Part shown: in pieces, positions 51,666 to 63,284 of the stretch
Position numbering within the stretch: the first letter of the stretch is position 1
How the letters are laid out: every line of letters starts with the position of its first letter
Assembly: GCF_001194135.2 (NCBI RefSeq)
Contig: NC_069006.1
Location: 16,477,763-16,541,762 of the forward strand
DNA length: 64,000 nt
Reading direction: 5' to 3'
Origin: Octopus bimaculoides
Lineage: Eukaryota
Position numbers and translations under genes: made by a program
Notes under the pieces: model-generated
Told to the model about the DNA's origin: nothing
Databases searched by the model: none
The model's input: only the letters and a program-made list of their open reading frames with translations

Positions 51666-53175
51666 TCACATACATATGTGCATGTTTATGAGTGTACATA
51701 CATGACAATGTCAAGGCTGTATTCACAATAAAGTACAAGAGGAGTGTGCATAAGAAACAAGTGTTCTATAGATTCAATATAAAAAAAGGAAATGATGGCG
51801 GGGGGTCTGTGTGTATGGAACATGAGATAGTTATATACAAATATATACACACACAGCTTATATATATATATATAATTAAAATAAACAAAATTTAATAAGA
51901 AACAATAAAACAACTGAAAGTAAAATATGAATTATATATAAAGAAAAACAAAAGACAAAGATGCAGTCTCTTGAGAGAAGTCATGGTGGAAGGGGACAAG
52001 AATGTGGCTACTTGGACTCTGCAGATACCAGAGAGGACACAAATACATGTGTGTACATGTGTATGTACACACACATACATACACACAGCTGATACCTTCT
52101 TACTCAAGACCCATAGAATTCTATGAGTCTTCCAAATGGAAATAACTAATAAATTTCTTAATTTTCCACATTATTTATTTATTTTTTTTTTTTGTTTCCT
52201 TCAAACTACACGCACATACACACACAGTCACAGAGGAGAAAGGTCACCGTAATTAAGTCTTGCTTCGTTTCAAGCTCAACAAGACTTCATCGGGGGNNNN
52301 NNNNNNNNNGGGGGGGGGGGGGTTGCTCAGAAAGTAACAAGATGAAGAAAATTTTAACTAATAAGGTCTGAGAGAGAGAGAGAGAGCGAGAGAGAGAGAG
52401 AGAAAGGGGTAATGGGTGTGGGGAGAGGAAAAAATAGAAGGGGGTGGATTAAAGACACGTGAAATAGAAAGAAGAAGATTCCAAGACAAATTAATGCAGT
52501 GCGTTTCGTATGAATGCCCATCCCCCACCCCTTGTAAGGAGTTAGGAATAAGCAAATAATCTCACCAGGAGGAGGGTGGCAATTAGAGGGTCACATTGTC
52601 TGCTACAGTCTTCCATCTTCTTGTTTTGATTAAGACAAATTTTCAACGTTGCTGTAATTAGAGGCTGATGTCTTTGTTGCTATAGTTGTTATTTGTTGTC
52701 TCAGTAGATAGCAAGAAAGTGTTGGAAAAAGGTCTCGAAATTGTATTTAAAGAATGTGGCACAATTGTAGCCAGTAACAGTTCCTCTTCTCCTGCAGCAA
52801 CTGATCTTCCTCCTTGGCATCAGTTGTGATGTCGAGGTGAGTCGCCAGCTGAAGTCTCTTGTAACTGTTTCTTCTTACTTAAACATTTTCCAACACACAA
52901 ACACACAGACACACACACACACAGTCTCTCACATTAATTGGCCACACAAGCAAAAATTAACAGCCAGCCACAGCCACACACACACACACAGACACACATA
53001 TATTAACATCCACACACTTGTACACACATGCATCAACATGTGTATGTGTGTGTATTTGTGCAGGAAGCTGAAGACATGCAGTAATGTCAGTTGTCTACAT
53101 CATTTTATCTTTTAATCATGCCTGGCAAATGGGTCTTTGTGCTGTCTCTGCTGTGTTGTGAGGAAGGTACTGTTC

Positions 53176-53195
53176 TCAAGCTTCAGACACAGACC
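53176..53195 (-). CDS. MYO18: Myosin XVIII-like, probable terminal coding exon (G)SVSEA*
   Basis: tctttctattgcag acceptor; phase 1 joins the preceding exon; TGA at 53178-53176. The exon is short, so support is weaker. Confidence 0.55.
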
Positions 53196-53962
53196 CTGCA
53201 ATAGAAAGACAAAAACATTATAAATAACAAAACCCACAATATCCAATATCCAATGCCAATATCCCCTGATGGAACAAAGCATCTGAGTCAACCTCAGCAT
53301 AGGAGTGGCACTTATTGACCCCGGTTGACAATTGCTCTGTACTATACTTTGTAATGTGGGTTGCCCTGAGAGTGATAGCTACATGGTAAGAGTTCTACTT
53401 AGAAACCTGTTGCTCAAAGTGCAATAGATGGTAGAGAAATTAGTAGGATGGTTTCTGACTTAGGAACAGGCCAGCAATTTTGAGTGGAGGCGGAGCATTC
53501 AATATGACTGACTCCAGTACTTGGCTGGTGGCTTATTTTAATGACTCTGAAAGGATCAAAGGTAAAGAGTTGACCTTGGGGCTTGAACTCAAAATATAAA
53601 GAGCTGGATTTAATTGACTGTTCTATCCTACAAGATTAGTGGTCTTGTACTTAGATTACAACCCTGGGGAGCCAAAAAATAGAAATGAATTAAAATTAAA
53701 GTTGGCTAAGGCAAGGTATGTAGATAGAGAAATAGAAAGATATAGGTGTGTGTGTGCACATGCATAGAAATTCTCCTATTTCTAGCAGGTCAGGAAGTCA
53801 TATTGGAATAGCCCAGAGTTCTTACACACACACACACAGATAGATGTTTGCAAGCACGTGTGTGTGTGTGTAAGAGAGAAAGAGAAGGAACGAAAGGGAC
53901 AGACAGAGAAACGTGTGTGTGTGTGATGATGGTGTTGTTGGGTTAAGTATAAGTATACTAAC

Positions 53963-54123
53963 CTTTATTGAATGTTAATGTTTCTGCTCCAAACTGGGCA
54001 TCTTGTTCATAGCTTGTCCCTGATATTGACCTCGACCTCTCGTTACTGCTGTCATACACACTTGAAACTGGTTTATGGTTCGACAGAAAGGTGTCTTCCA
54101 GATCATCTTCAAAATCTTCATCA
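53963..54123 (-). CDS. MYO18: Myosin XVIII-like tail exon SDEDFEDDLEDTFLSNHKPVSSVYDSSNERSRSISGTSYEQDAQFGAETLTFNK
   Basis: ttctatatttag acceptor and gttagt donor; phase 2-1; acidic, Ser-rich post-coil segment. Confidence 0.75.
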
Positions 54124-54336
54124 CTAAATATAGAAAAATGAAAACCACAGGGCACAGTGAACTGTAGTCATAAAACTATAGAATAAATGGTAAATGCTTC
54201 CTTCACTTTTTCTCATTCAACAAATATTCTCTGAGTCTTACTCCTTACCTCTAATTTGTCACATTATATTCTCATTTCATTGCATTCACCTTTTCTATTG
54301 CTCCTCTATCTTATTCTTTCTCTCTCTGAGATCTCT

Positions 54337-54441
54337 TTAAGACTTAGATAGGATAGGGTTATCGCCGTTGGTTAAAACTTAGATAAGATGGGGTTATCAC
54401 CCTTGGTTAAAACTTAGATAGGATGGGGTTATCGCGCTTGG
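54337..54441. repeat. Three tandem 35-bp units
   Basis: ttaa.acttagata.gat.gggttatc.c..ttgg at 54337, 54372 and 54407. Confidence 0.9.
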
Positions 54442-54754
54442 TTCCAGCCGGCAATATCTATGGAAACCGATCTAAGGGCAATAACCCCATCCCAAGTAAA
54501 GCTTGGAAATTTTTTTTTTTGTTTACAAAAAATGAGAATGAGGCTAGTGTATCAAAGTGAGGCTAGCTTCATCATCACTATATTCATCTGCTGTGCAGGA
54601 CAACTGTAGCACTTCTGGTCACATATTACTATGCCTAAGTTATGTAGCTTTGCTACAGCTTTATAGATATATGAAATCATTGGTCACTCTATGACCAGCC
54701 ATATAATTAACTTCTTGTAAATACATTACTGCTCCAATATTTAGTGTGCTTTTT
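54442..54754. repeat. Approximately 310-bp direct repeat, copy 1
   Basis: About 10 differences from 56077-56387 by eye. Confidence 0.92.
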
Positions 54755-54774
54755 TGGATATATACCTAATGATG

Positions 54775-54807
<33 letters not shown>

Positions 54808-54825
54808 AACACACACATATATATA

Positions 54826-55490
54826 TGTAGCGAACGACTTAAGGGAAATTCTCTCTCTGTTATATATACATGAATATGGACGTAGTAGATAACAGCTAGC
54901 CTTCGACCACACTTTTGGACCCTGTTGTGTCAACTATTCTGATTGGTTGGTATTGGTGCAGTTTATCTCTTGCTCTACTGCGTGCCAAGATGCAACCCAA
55001 CCAATCGCAGCCTTCAGATAAGGTCACATGAGACAGTCTCTTCTAAACCTCAGTTTGTAGCGACACAGCGAGTTGGTGTTTCTCGGTTCCAGACCTTTTG
55101 AGGTCTAGCCACTGACCACAGAGCTCACAGCCAGTTCCAGCGACGACACAACAGCATACAGCAATCTCCATCTTCATAACATCATCGTCTCTCCACGTAC
55201 ACAGCAACCAGCAACGCTTGCACGGGTCCTGTCTCCACGCTGTTTGTGAATTACTTCACCATGGTTAACAGCAAATACAACCTGCGACTACCTTCTGTAA
55301 CAAGAGACCGGCTCTGCGCTCACGCATACATCTATGTTTGTACATACACATTTTGTAGACATGACGGCCTGTCTTTTATTATGTTTATATGTCGCACACA
55401 CATGTTAACCTATAAATAAAATCTCTTCAACACTCTACCAGTTGTGTCTCTCTTTTCCTTCTAGCACTTATACTCATTTATCCTTTTTCA
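54826..55490 (+). mobile_element. Possible solo LTR
   Basis: Starts tgtagcg, has CCAAT-like boxes, higher GC than the flanks and aataaa near 55416. No clear CA end or TSD was found. Confidence 0.35.
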
Positions 55491-55634
55491 TATTTTATTT
55501 GTATCGACTGTGCACACACACAGACATACATACATACACACATACACGTGAAGTATACAATATATAAGTATACATACAATACATATGTACAAAGTATACA
55601 TGTATATACACACAATGGACAGTAGATAACTTAC

Positions 55635-55780
55635 CTGTAAGACAGGTAACTCTCATCATCTTCATCAGTCTCAACACTTTCTTCCAGAGCTGCCTGCAGT
55701 CCAGAAATCCTCTTGAAGGCCAACTTCAGGTCAGACTGGCTCTGGTCAAAATCAATCTCTAAGTCTGTCAAACGACTTTC
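55635..55780 (-). CDS. MYO18: Myosin XVIII-like tail exon ESRLTDLEIDFDQSQSDLKLAFKRISGLQAALEESVETDEDDESYLSY
   Basis: tatttcag acceptor and gtaagt donor. DLKLAFKRIxxLQAALE is the conserved end of the MYO18 coiled coil. Confidence 0.92.
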
Positions 55781-56076
55781 CTGAAATACAAACACGCAAT
55801 CAGGTCACAAGGTCAAAAGGTCACAAAAGGCAAAATGACTTAAAAAGGCATAATTTAATGAAACTACAAATTACTGGTTGGTATGATAATTAGTTAATGG
55901 TTGGGAGAATGAAGCAGAAGAGTTGGACTGATAATCATGTGGCCACATGTTCAAACATCCCTATAGCTACAACAAGCAGTTGTAGGAAGGAGATACCTTC
56001 CTAACGGTAGCAATAGAAAAACAAGGGCACCAATTCGTATATAATCTCACTCAAGCAACCTTAGAAAAATACCCTA

Positions 56077-56387
56077 TTCCAGTCGGCAATATCTATGGGA
56101 ACCGATCTAAGGGCAATAACCCCATCCCAAGTAAAGCTTGGAAATTTTTTTTCGCTTACAAAAATTGAGAATGAGGCTAGTGTATCAAAGTGAGGCTACC
56201 TACATCATCACTATATTCATCTGCTGTGCAGGACAACTGTAGCACTTCTGGTCACATATTACTATGCCTAAGTTATGTAGCTTTGCTACAGCTTTACAGA
56301 TATATGAAATCATTGGTCACTCCATGACCAGCCATATAATTAACTTCTTGTAAATACATTACTGCTCCAATATTTAGTGTGCTTTTT
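56077..56387. repeat. Approximately 310-bp direct repeat, copy 2
   Basis: See 54442-54754. Confidence 0.92.
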
Positions 56388-56705
56388 ACAAAATAGTAAA
56401 CCCCCCCCCCAAAAAAAAACAGAAGTCCGTTACATTTTGTGTCACTACATCTGTTACAGTGTCATCATAACCTTGCTACAAAGACAGTGTAATACAGCCA
56501 AGCAATCATGTTTGAAAAGCAGTGTAACAAAAGTAATCATGGCACACTATGGCACATCATAACTATGCAGCAAATAGAGTCACAAAACCTGGCCTTATAA
56601 TTTTATATTTCCGAGATGAGCATTTTATACACCAAACTTATGTACCAACACAATGTCACAAACAATATTGAGAAACGATAAAGGCATGTGAAAACGATAT
56701 ATTAC

Positions 56706-56891
56706 CAATTCCTGTTTCTTGTGATTTGTCTCCAATTCTCTCTTTTGCAGTTCTCCAGCCTCCTCCCGGATGTCTCTTATCTGTCGTTGCAGCTTCTTCT
56801 GCTTCTCTTCAGACTGGTGCCTCAATTCGGCCACACGGTCACGCTCCTCCATCACCTTCTCTAGCTGTTCTTTCAGCCGAGCCAAATTGGA
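56706..56891 (-). CDS. MYO18: Myosin XVIII-like coiled-coil exon SNLARLKEQLEK...ELETNHKKQEL
   Basis: ttccag acceptor and gtaat donor; 186 nt, phase 0-0; heptad pattern (KLQRQIRDIREE). Confidence 0.92.
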
Positions 56892-56940
56892 CTGGAAATA
56901 TATCATACAATTATGTATATATGTGTGTGTATATACCTCA

Positions 56941-56971
<31 letters not shown>

Positions 56972-56984
56972 CTATTTCTTTACT

Positions 56985-57192
56985 ACTCACAAGGGGACAA
57001 ACAAGGACAGAGAAACACGGATTAAGTCGATTATATCGACCCCAGTGCGTAACTGGTACTTATTTAATCGATCCCGAAAGGATGAAAGGCAAAGTCGACC
57101 TCGGCGGAATTTGAACTCAGAATGTAAAGACAGACGAAATACCGCTAAGCATTTCGCCCGGCGTGCTACCGTTTCTGCCAGCTCGCCGCCTT
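56985..57192 (-). mobile_element. tRNA-derived SINE, best-preserved copy of the second family
   Basis: ggcggcgagctggcagaaacggtagcacg A-box region, gagttcaaattcc B-box and ttcatcctttcgggatcgattaaataagtaccag core. Decayed copies lie at 5930-6770, 8680, 40470-40970, 49150 and 53470. Confidence 0.85.
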
Positions 57193-57718
57193 TGTGTGTG
57201 TATGTGTGCATGCTTATATATGTGATGGCTGTCAACTCATAACTGAGAAAGACCAATCACTGACCATGAAAAACATTATACACTCAGACACAATTATACT
57301 TTACACTTGTGGCTCCACTGGTGACTAAAGAGCCCTGCTTGTCCACAGGTATTGCAGATAAAGCTTCCTCCATTCACTACCCTAGCAAGTTATTTTTGAG
57401 CAGCTTGCTTAAATCCTGCATGGAAACTGTATTCACAGTATTGAAGGTTTGGGTTAAATCAATGAAAACCTGGACAAGATCCATATTCTGCTCATAGCAC
57501 TTCCCCTGCATCTATCATGCTGTGAAAATTATATCTATTATAAATATATATATATATATATATATAGAAGAGAGAGAATCTTATATTAAGTTTCTGAGCG
57601 AGATATAAACAGTAGCAGTACAGAACTGTAACATATATTTGCCAACTAAGTGTGGCGTCCTATACAGGGCAGTGCTACTGATGTTTATAATATATATATT
57701 ATAAACAGGAATTTTCAA

Positions 57719-57793
57719 TGGCCGGATAACTGAAGAGATGTTGGCGTGGGTTCCCACCCCGGCAATCCAAAACTCGGAGTTTTATCATGGCTA
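57719..57793 (+). ncRNA. Type I hammerhead-ribozyme-like motif with G12>A lesion
   Basis: GAUAA-CUGAAGA-[long helix II, GUUC loop]-C-AAAA-CUCGGAG-U-U/UUAUC. Helix I has 5 bp, a 1x2 loop and 5 bp more. The element is flanked by TA tracts. Confidence 0.72.
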
Positions 57794-58185
57794 CTGAATA
57801 AGTGTCACATATTTTTACAGACAAATTCCTCTATTTACATAATATCGAGGTCTCTTTCTTTCTTTCGTTGTCCATTCTATCAATATATATATACATATAT
57901 GTTTAATAATGCTTTTTTAGGTGATTTTAAATGTCTTGCCCGCTCACGTTTTTGGTATGCTGCTATATTTCATGTTGAGAACAATTTAGGTCTTAATAGA
58001 CACAAGATGTGATCTATTTCTAGCGCATTAATTGTCCACGTTAGTGGTCGACGTTATTTTTTAAAATGTACCTTAATCCCCTGAGATTGCAGATAATATT
58101 TCTAAATCTCTTTGATTCTTTAGATGCGCTGGCCTCCTGATAATTAATCGATATTAATTAATATATGACTAATTACCAGATATTA

Positions 58186-58266
<81 letters not shown>

Positions 58267-58477
58267 TATTTTTAAGTCTCTTTTACCATGATGGAGCTTA
58301 TTGAAGCAGCAGATTTTCTATGGCTGGATGCCCTTCCTGTTGCCAACCCTCACTTGTTTCCAAGTAAGGTAATATTTCCCAGTGTTCAGACAAATTCCTA
58401 CAGTATATAAGAAATGAATAATACAATCATTTACCACCTCACATGATATCAAAACACAAACACACACGCACACAGAC

Positions 58478-58639
58478 GATGGGCTTCTTTCAGTTTCCAT
58501 CTTCCAAATCCATTCAGAAGGCTTTGGTTGCTCTGGAGCTATTGTAGAAGACACTTGTCTAAGGTGCTACACATTGAGACTGAACCTAGAACCATGTGGT
58601 TGTGAAGCAAACTTCTAAACCACACAGCCATGCCTGCAC
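58478..58639 (-). mobile_element. Major SINE 5' half, decayed
   Basis: Reverse complement of gtgcaggcatggctgtgtgg...aagcccatcg. Confidence 0.75.
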
Positions 58640-58748
58640 CTATACATGTTCAAATGTATGTGTATGTGCATGTATATGTATATAAGGACACATGCACACC
58701 TGTGAATACACTTACAGGAATATGAATGATGGCTAACTGCCAACTCAC

Positions 58749-58886
58749 CTCTAACCGGTGTCGTGTTGAAGTCTCTAGTTCCAACTTTGACTCTACCTCC
58801 CTCACTTTACTCTCCAGCCGCGATACTTGTGTCTTACTCACGGTTTGGTCTTCGACAGACTCTACTTTAGTGGTCAAACTGGAAAT
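58749..58886 (-). CDS. MYO18: Myosin XVIII-like coiled-coil exon ISSLTTKVESVEDQTVSKTQVSRLESKVREVESKLELETSTRHRLE
   Basis: tttgtag acceptor and gtgagt donor; 138 nt. SRLESKVRExESKLELE corresponds to the MYO18 SRxExKIRELExRLExE motif. Confidence 0.93.
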
Positions 58887-59110
58887 CTACAAACAAAAGA
58901 AAATAACAGCTACACTTTACAATGTACATGTGAGTGTGACACGGTGTGAACATGACTATAACCATATACAAGGGGGGTGCTGTAAAGTTCCTGGTTTTAA
59001 GGGTATCGTGAAAGGCCTGGTTGGAGGCCCAACCGTCCAAGTTTTTTTTACAGGGCTTGGGAAAACTGAAAGACCACTGCAATAAGTGTGTGAATCTGAG
59101 AGAGGAATAT

Positions 59111-59975
59111 CATCATCATCGTTTAACGTCCGCTTTCCATGCTAGCATGGGTTGGACGATTTGACTGAGGACTGGTGAAACCGGATGGCAACACCAGGCT
59201 CCAGTCTGATTTGGCAGAGTTTCTACAGCTGGATGCCCTTCCTAACGCCAACCACTCAGAGAGTGTAGTGGGTGCTTTTACGTGTCACCCGCACGAAAAC
59301 GGCCACGCTCGAAATGGTGTCTTTTATGTGCCACCCGCACAAGCCAGTCCAGGGGCACTGGCAACGATNNNNNNNNNNNNNNNNNNNNNNNNNNNNNNNN
59401 NNNNNNNNNNNNNNNNNNNNNNNNNNNNNNNNNNNNNNNNNNNNNNNNNNNNNNNNNNNNNNNNNNNNNNNNNNNNNNNNNNNNNNNNNNNNNNNNNNNN
59501 NNNNNNNNNNNNNNNNNNNNNNNNNNNNNNNNNNNNNNNNNNNNNNNNNNNNNNNNNNNNNNNNNNNNNNNNNNNNNNNNNNNNNNNNNNNNNNNNNNNN
59601 NNNNNNNNNNNNNNNNNNNNNNNNNNNNNNNNNNNNNNNNNNNNNNNNNNNNNNNNNNNNNNNNNNCTTCCTGGGCCTACCTCTTCCACGGGTTCCCTCA
59701 ACTGTTAGGGTGTGGCACTTTTTCACGCAGCTATCCTCCTCCATTCTCACCACATGTCCATACCAGCGCAATCGTCTCTCTTGCACGCCACAACTGATGC
59801 TTCTAATGTTCAGCTTTTCTCTCAAGATACTTACACTCTGACGGGTATTCACATTGACATTACACATCCAACGGAGCATACTGGCTTCATTCCTTGCGAG
59901 CTTACGTATGTCCTCAGCAGTTACAGCCCATGTTTCACTGCCATGTAGCATGGTTGTTCGTACGCATGCGTCACA
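59111..59975 (-). mobile_element. RTE-clade LINE 3' portion (C-terminal ORF plus 3' UTR), gap inside
   Basis: MLHGSETWAVT...RRLRWYGHVVRM...GRGRPRK; ends in (GAT)n at 59111. Confidence 0.92.
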
Positions 59976-60709
59976 GTTGAATAAAAATCATAATTAACAA
60001 CTGATCTTCGTGTATTTTGTTTTACTCAAAGCTAGGAACTTTTCATCACCCTCTCATAGATGTGCCAGTAAACGAGCAGTTGTATTGACCTATTTACAAA
60101 AAGTTAAATATGCCTATAAATAGATGTAACTGTAAACTAACAGTTCTGACCATAAACACATACATGTACCCATAAAAAAAAGCGGGTAGGGAACCTATAA
60201 AGGCATAGATGTACTAATAAACAGACTGAAGTATCTGTAAACAGGGAGATGTCCTTAAGAAGGCACATGTGTTTGTAATTATATAGGTGTGTATAGACAC
60301 ATCTACCTAATAAGTAGATGTGTCTATGCTAAGGTAAGTATGTTTATAATTATGTATACATATGTTTCTAATTAGGCAGGTGTATCTGTAATGAGATGGT
60401 TGCATCTTTATAAGTGTGCATGTACCAATAAGTGGGTAGGTGAGTCTGTAACAAGTAAGGTGTGTTTAGGCAGTACCCCAGCATGGCCACAGTCTAATGA
60501 CTGAAACAAGTAAAAAAATATGTCTATAACTAAATAAATGCATCTATTGCAATGTAGGTGTGTCTACAATGCAGGTTTGTCTATGAAAAGCTACGTACAA
60601 CCATAAGAATGTGGTGATTAGAAACATTTAGTCTTATACAGAGAATCAAAGAAATATATAATTTAACAAAGCAGATAAAGAATACGGCAATGGAAGCCTT
60701 TTTGCTTAC

Positions 60710-60793
60710 TTCAGACTTTAGTTTCTCATTCTCAGTTTGAAGTTCATCATTATGTCGGAGATAATCTGATATTGTGATCTGATCAACTGCTTG
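60710..60793 (-). CDS. MYO18: Myosin XVIII-like coiled-coil exon QAVDQITISDYLRHNDELQTENEKLKSE
   Basis: tttgtag acceptor and gtaagc donor; 84 nt, phase 0-0; not in the ORF track. Confidence 0.88.
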
Positions 60794-60889
60794 CTACAAA
60801 TTCAGAAAAGCACAACAATAAACAAATATGAATATGCATAATAACTACGTCAATCTACATGAATACACACACATATATATATATATGCC

Positions 60890-61097
60890 AGTACCCGCCT
60901 GACTGGCCCTCGTGCCGGTGGCACGTAAAAGCACCCACTACACTCTCGGAGTGGTTGGCGTTAGGAAGGGCATCCAGCTGTAGAAACTCTGCCAAATCAG
61001 ATTGGAGCCTGGTGTCGCCTCCTGGTCCACCAGTCCTCAGTCAAATCGTCCAACCCATGCTAGCATGGAAAGCGGACATTAAACGACGACGATGATG

Positions 61098-61099
<2 letters not shown>
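60890..61099 (+). mobile_element. RTE LINE 3' end, 5'-truncated
   Basis: gtggcacgtaaaagcacccactacactc...cattaaacgacgacgatgatg; reverse complement of 59111-59290. Confidence 0.88.
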
Positions 61100-61141
<42 letters not shown>

Positions 61142-61831
61142 ATAGGTTTGTTGAAATAGTATCCACTATATCTGACATGGAGGTATTGGACTCAGGAAGG
61201 ATAGCAAAGCAGTGATTTGTCAACTAGAGGGAGAAGAAAATATGCCATCATGGATATGACAGAGGAAGTATATGGCAGAGGAGATGTGTGACAGAAGAGG
61301 TGTGTGAAAAAGACCAAAGCTGAGAATAAAGAACAGATCTTCAACTAGTAGCTAAACAAAAACCTAGTGGCAAATGTTAGTAACACTGAAAGAGGAGGAG
61401 GAGGAGATAATTTTAGGAAATTATGAAATGCTTGTTCTTATTTTAGTGTCCTTTGTCTGAAATCTTTTGTCACATATCCTGTGACATAAAGGCAGAATGG
61501 ACTAAATAGAATAGGAGAAGGTATGTGGGATGGAAAGTCACTGAAGAGATTCTTGACTGTAGGGAAAATGATAGCTTAATTGCTTATTTGCTTTTTTGTC
61601 TATCTCCTCTGTTCCAGGAAAAATTTCAATAAAATAAGAAATATCAGTGTTCATTACACCCTCATTAACCTAATTATTCAAATTCTGCCACTGGACTCTT
61701 TTAGTTATTTTCTCTTTTTTAATTTTTTTTTTGGTTCAATAATGCAAATTACCATTGGCTAAAAATGTATGAAACACCATTTTGTATATGTAAAAACATC
61801 TAAAACATATTTGGAACAAGTTTGGATTCTA

Positions 61832-61876
61832 CTATGCTGATGAGATCAAATTGAAACCGAAACACTGTGACCATAG
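61832..61876 (+). ncRNA. Decayed type I hammerhead-ribozyme-like motif
   Basis: CUAUG-CUGAUGA-G...C-GAAA-CACUGUG-A-C/CAUAG: a perfect 5-bp helix I. U16.1 is replaced by A, and helix II is poor. Confidence 0.5.
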
Positions 61877-62239
61877 CTGTCTCTTGCATCCAAACACAGA
61901 TATTTTATACACAACATAGCATGAATTGGAAGTAGTGTTCAGAAAAAAGGTGTGCAGTCTCTCAAAGGACTTTTGAGAAGATATATCCCATCTTCTTTTC
62001 CAGTTGGCAGCATAAAATATGAGCTGAGTCAAGCTGTTTCTTTCTCCTCAAGCATATTAATCCATTCAAGAATTAAATTCTTAATTCAAGGTATTATCTT
62101 CGGTTTCAATCAGATTTGATAACTGTCATTAGATTTTAATTTTCCTTCTCTGTCTCAGAGGGAAATTCAAAAGCATTAAGGATTCCCTGTGTATGGCGTT
62201 TTGTACTTTCTGCTTAACATATGTGCATGCATGTGTCGT

Positions 62240-62617
62240 AGTACTCTGTTGGTTACAATGGCAAGGTTTCTAGTTGATCCGATCAACGGAACAGCCTGCT
62301 TGTGAAATTAACATGCAAGTGGTTGAGCACTCCACAGACACGTGTACCCTGAACGTAGCTCTCAGGGAGATTCAGCATGGCACAGAGTGTGACAAAGTTG
62401 GCCCTTTGAAATAGAGGTACAACAGAAACAGGGAGAAAGAGTGAGAGAAAATTGTGGTGAAAGAGTACAGCAGGGTTCGCCACCATCCCCTGCCGGAGCC
62501 TCGTGGAGCTTTGGGTGTTTTCGCTCAATAAACACTCACAATGCCCGGTCTGGGAATCGAAACTGCGATCCTACAACTGCAAGTCCGCTGCCCTAACCAC
62601 TGGGCCATTGCGCCTCC
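62240..62617 (-). mobile_element. tRNA-derived SINE, full length (family of 7246)
   Basis: ggaggcgcaatggcccagtggttaggg A-box and gtttcgattccc B-box; colinear with 7246-7589. Confidence 0.88.
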
Positions 62618-62865
62618 ACTGTATGTGTGTAAAGGTGTGAGGTAAGTATAGAGATGAGAGATAGGTATAAGGCTTGGAGTAAGTACAGATGTAGTTGTGT
62701 GGAATAAATAGAGTAATACAAGACAAGTGGAAAGATGAAGAGTAAGCAAAGAGGTGTTGGGTTATGTATAGAGAGGGGGAATAAGGGTGGAGACACGGTG
62801 GAAAAGTGTGTGTGTGTGTGTGGGGGGGTGGGAGGAAGGATAGGATAAAATAAAAATTAACCAAC

Positions 62866-62982
62866 CTGACGGACAGCTGCTTTATATTTGGCCATTATTT
62901 CATTCATGTCTTCTTCAGCCTCTTCTGTCCGACTCTGGACATCCGTTAACTCCCGCAACACTGTCATGTAACGTGCCTCAGC
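62866..62982 (-). CDS. MYO18: Myosin XVIII-like coiled-coil exon AEARYMTVLRELTDVQSRTEEAEEDMNEIMAKYKAAVRQ
   Basis: cgtacag acceptor and gttggt donor; 117 nt. EDMNExMxKxKAAVxQ is characteristic of MYO18. Not in the ORF track. Confidence 0.93.
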
Positions 62983-63197
62983 CTGTACGGGTGAAAGATA
63001 GACATTTCAAATATTTAACAGAAGTGATGACATTATTTCTGGTTGAAATGAACAGACAACTTGCCTTCTATAGCATAACATGGGTAAATTACTCTAATGG
63101 TGGGCCGGTGTCACATGTAGTAAGTAGTTTGTTTAGCTTACAATTGTGGGGGGACAAACACAGACACACAAACATATACATACATATATGTATATAT

Positions 63198-63284
<87 letters not shown>

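Noticed and set aside
49854-51738. Long ORFs of 440-625 aa (also 17220-18247, 3856-4543, 9806-10774)
   Set aside because: These are translations of TA/CA microsatellites and N runs.
52255-52296. Hammerhead-like CCGAUGA...GAAAC on the - strand
   Set aside because: The core is mutated, there is no helix III, and it abuts a gap and a poly-G run.
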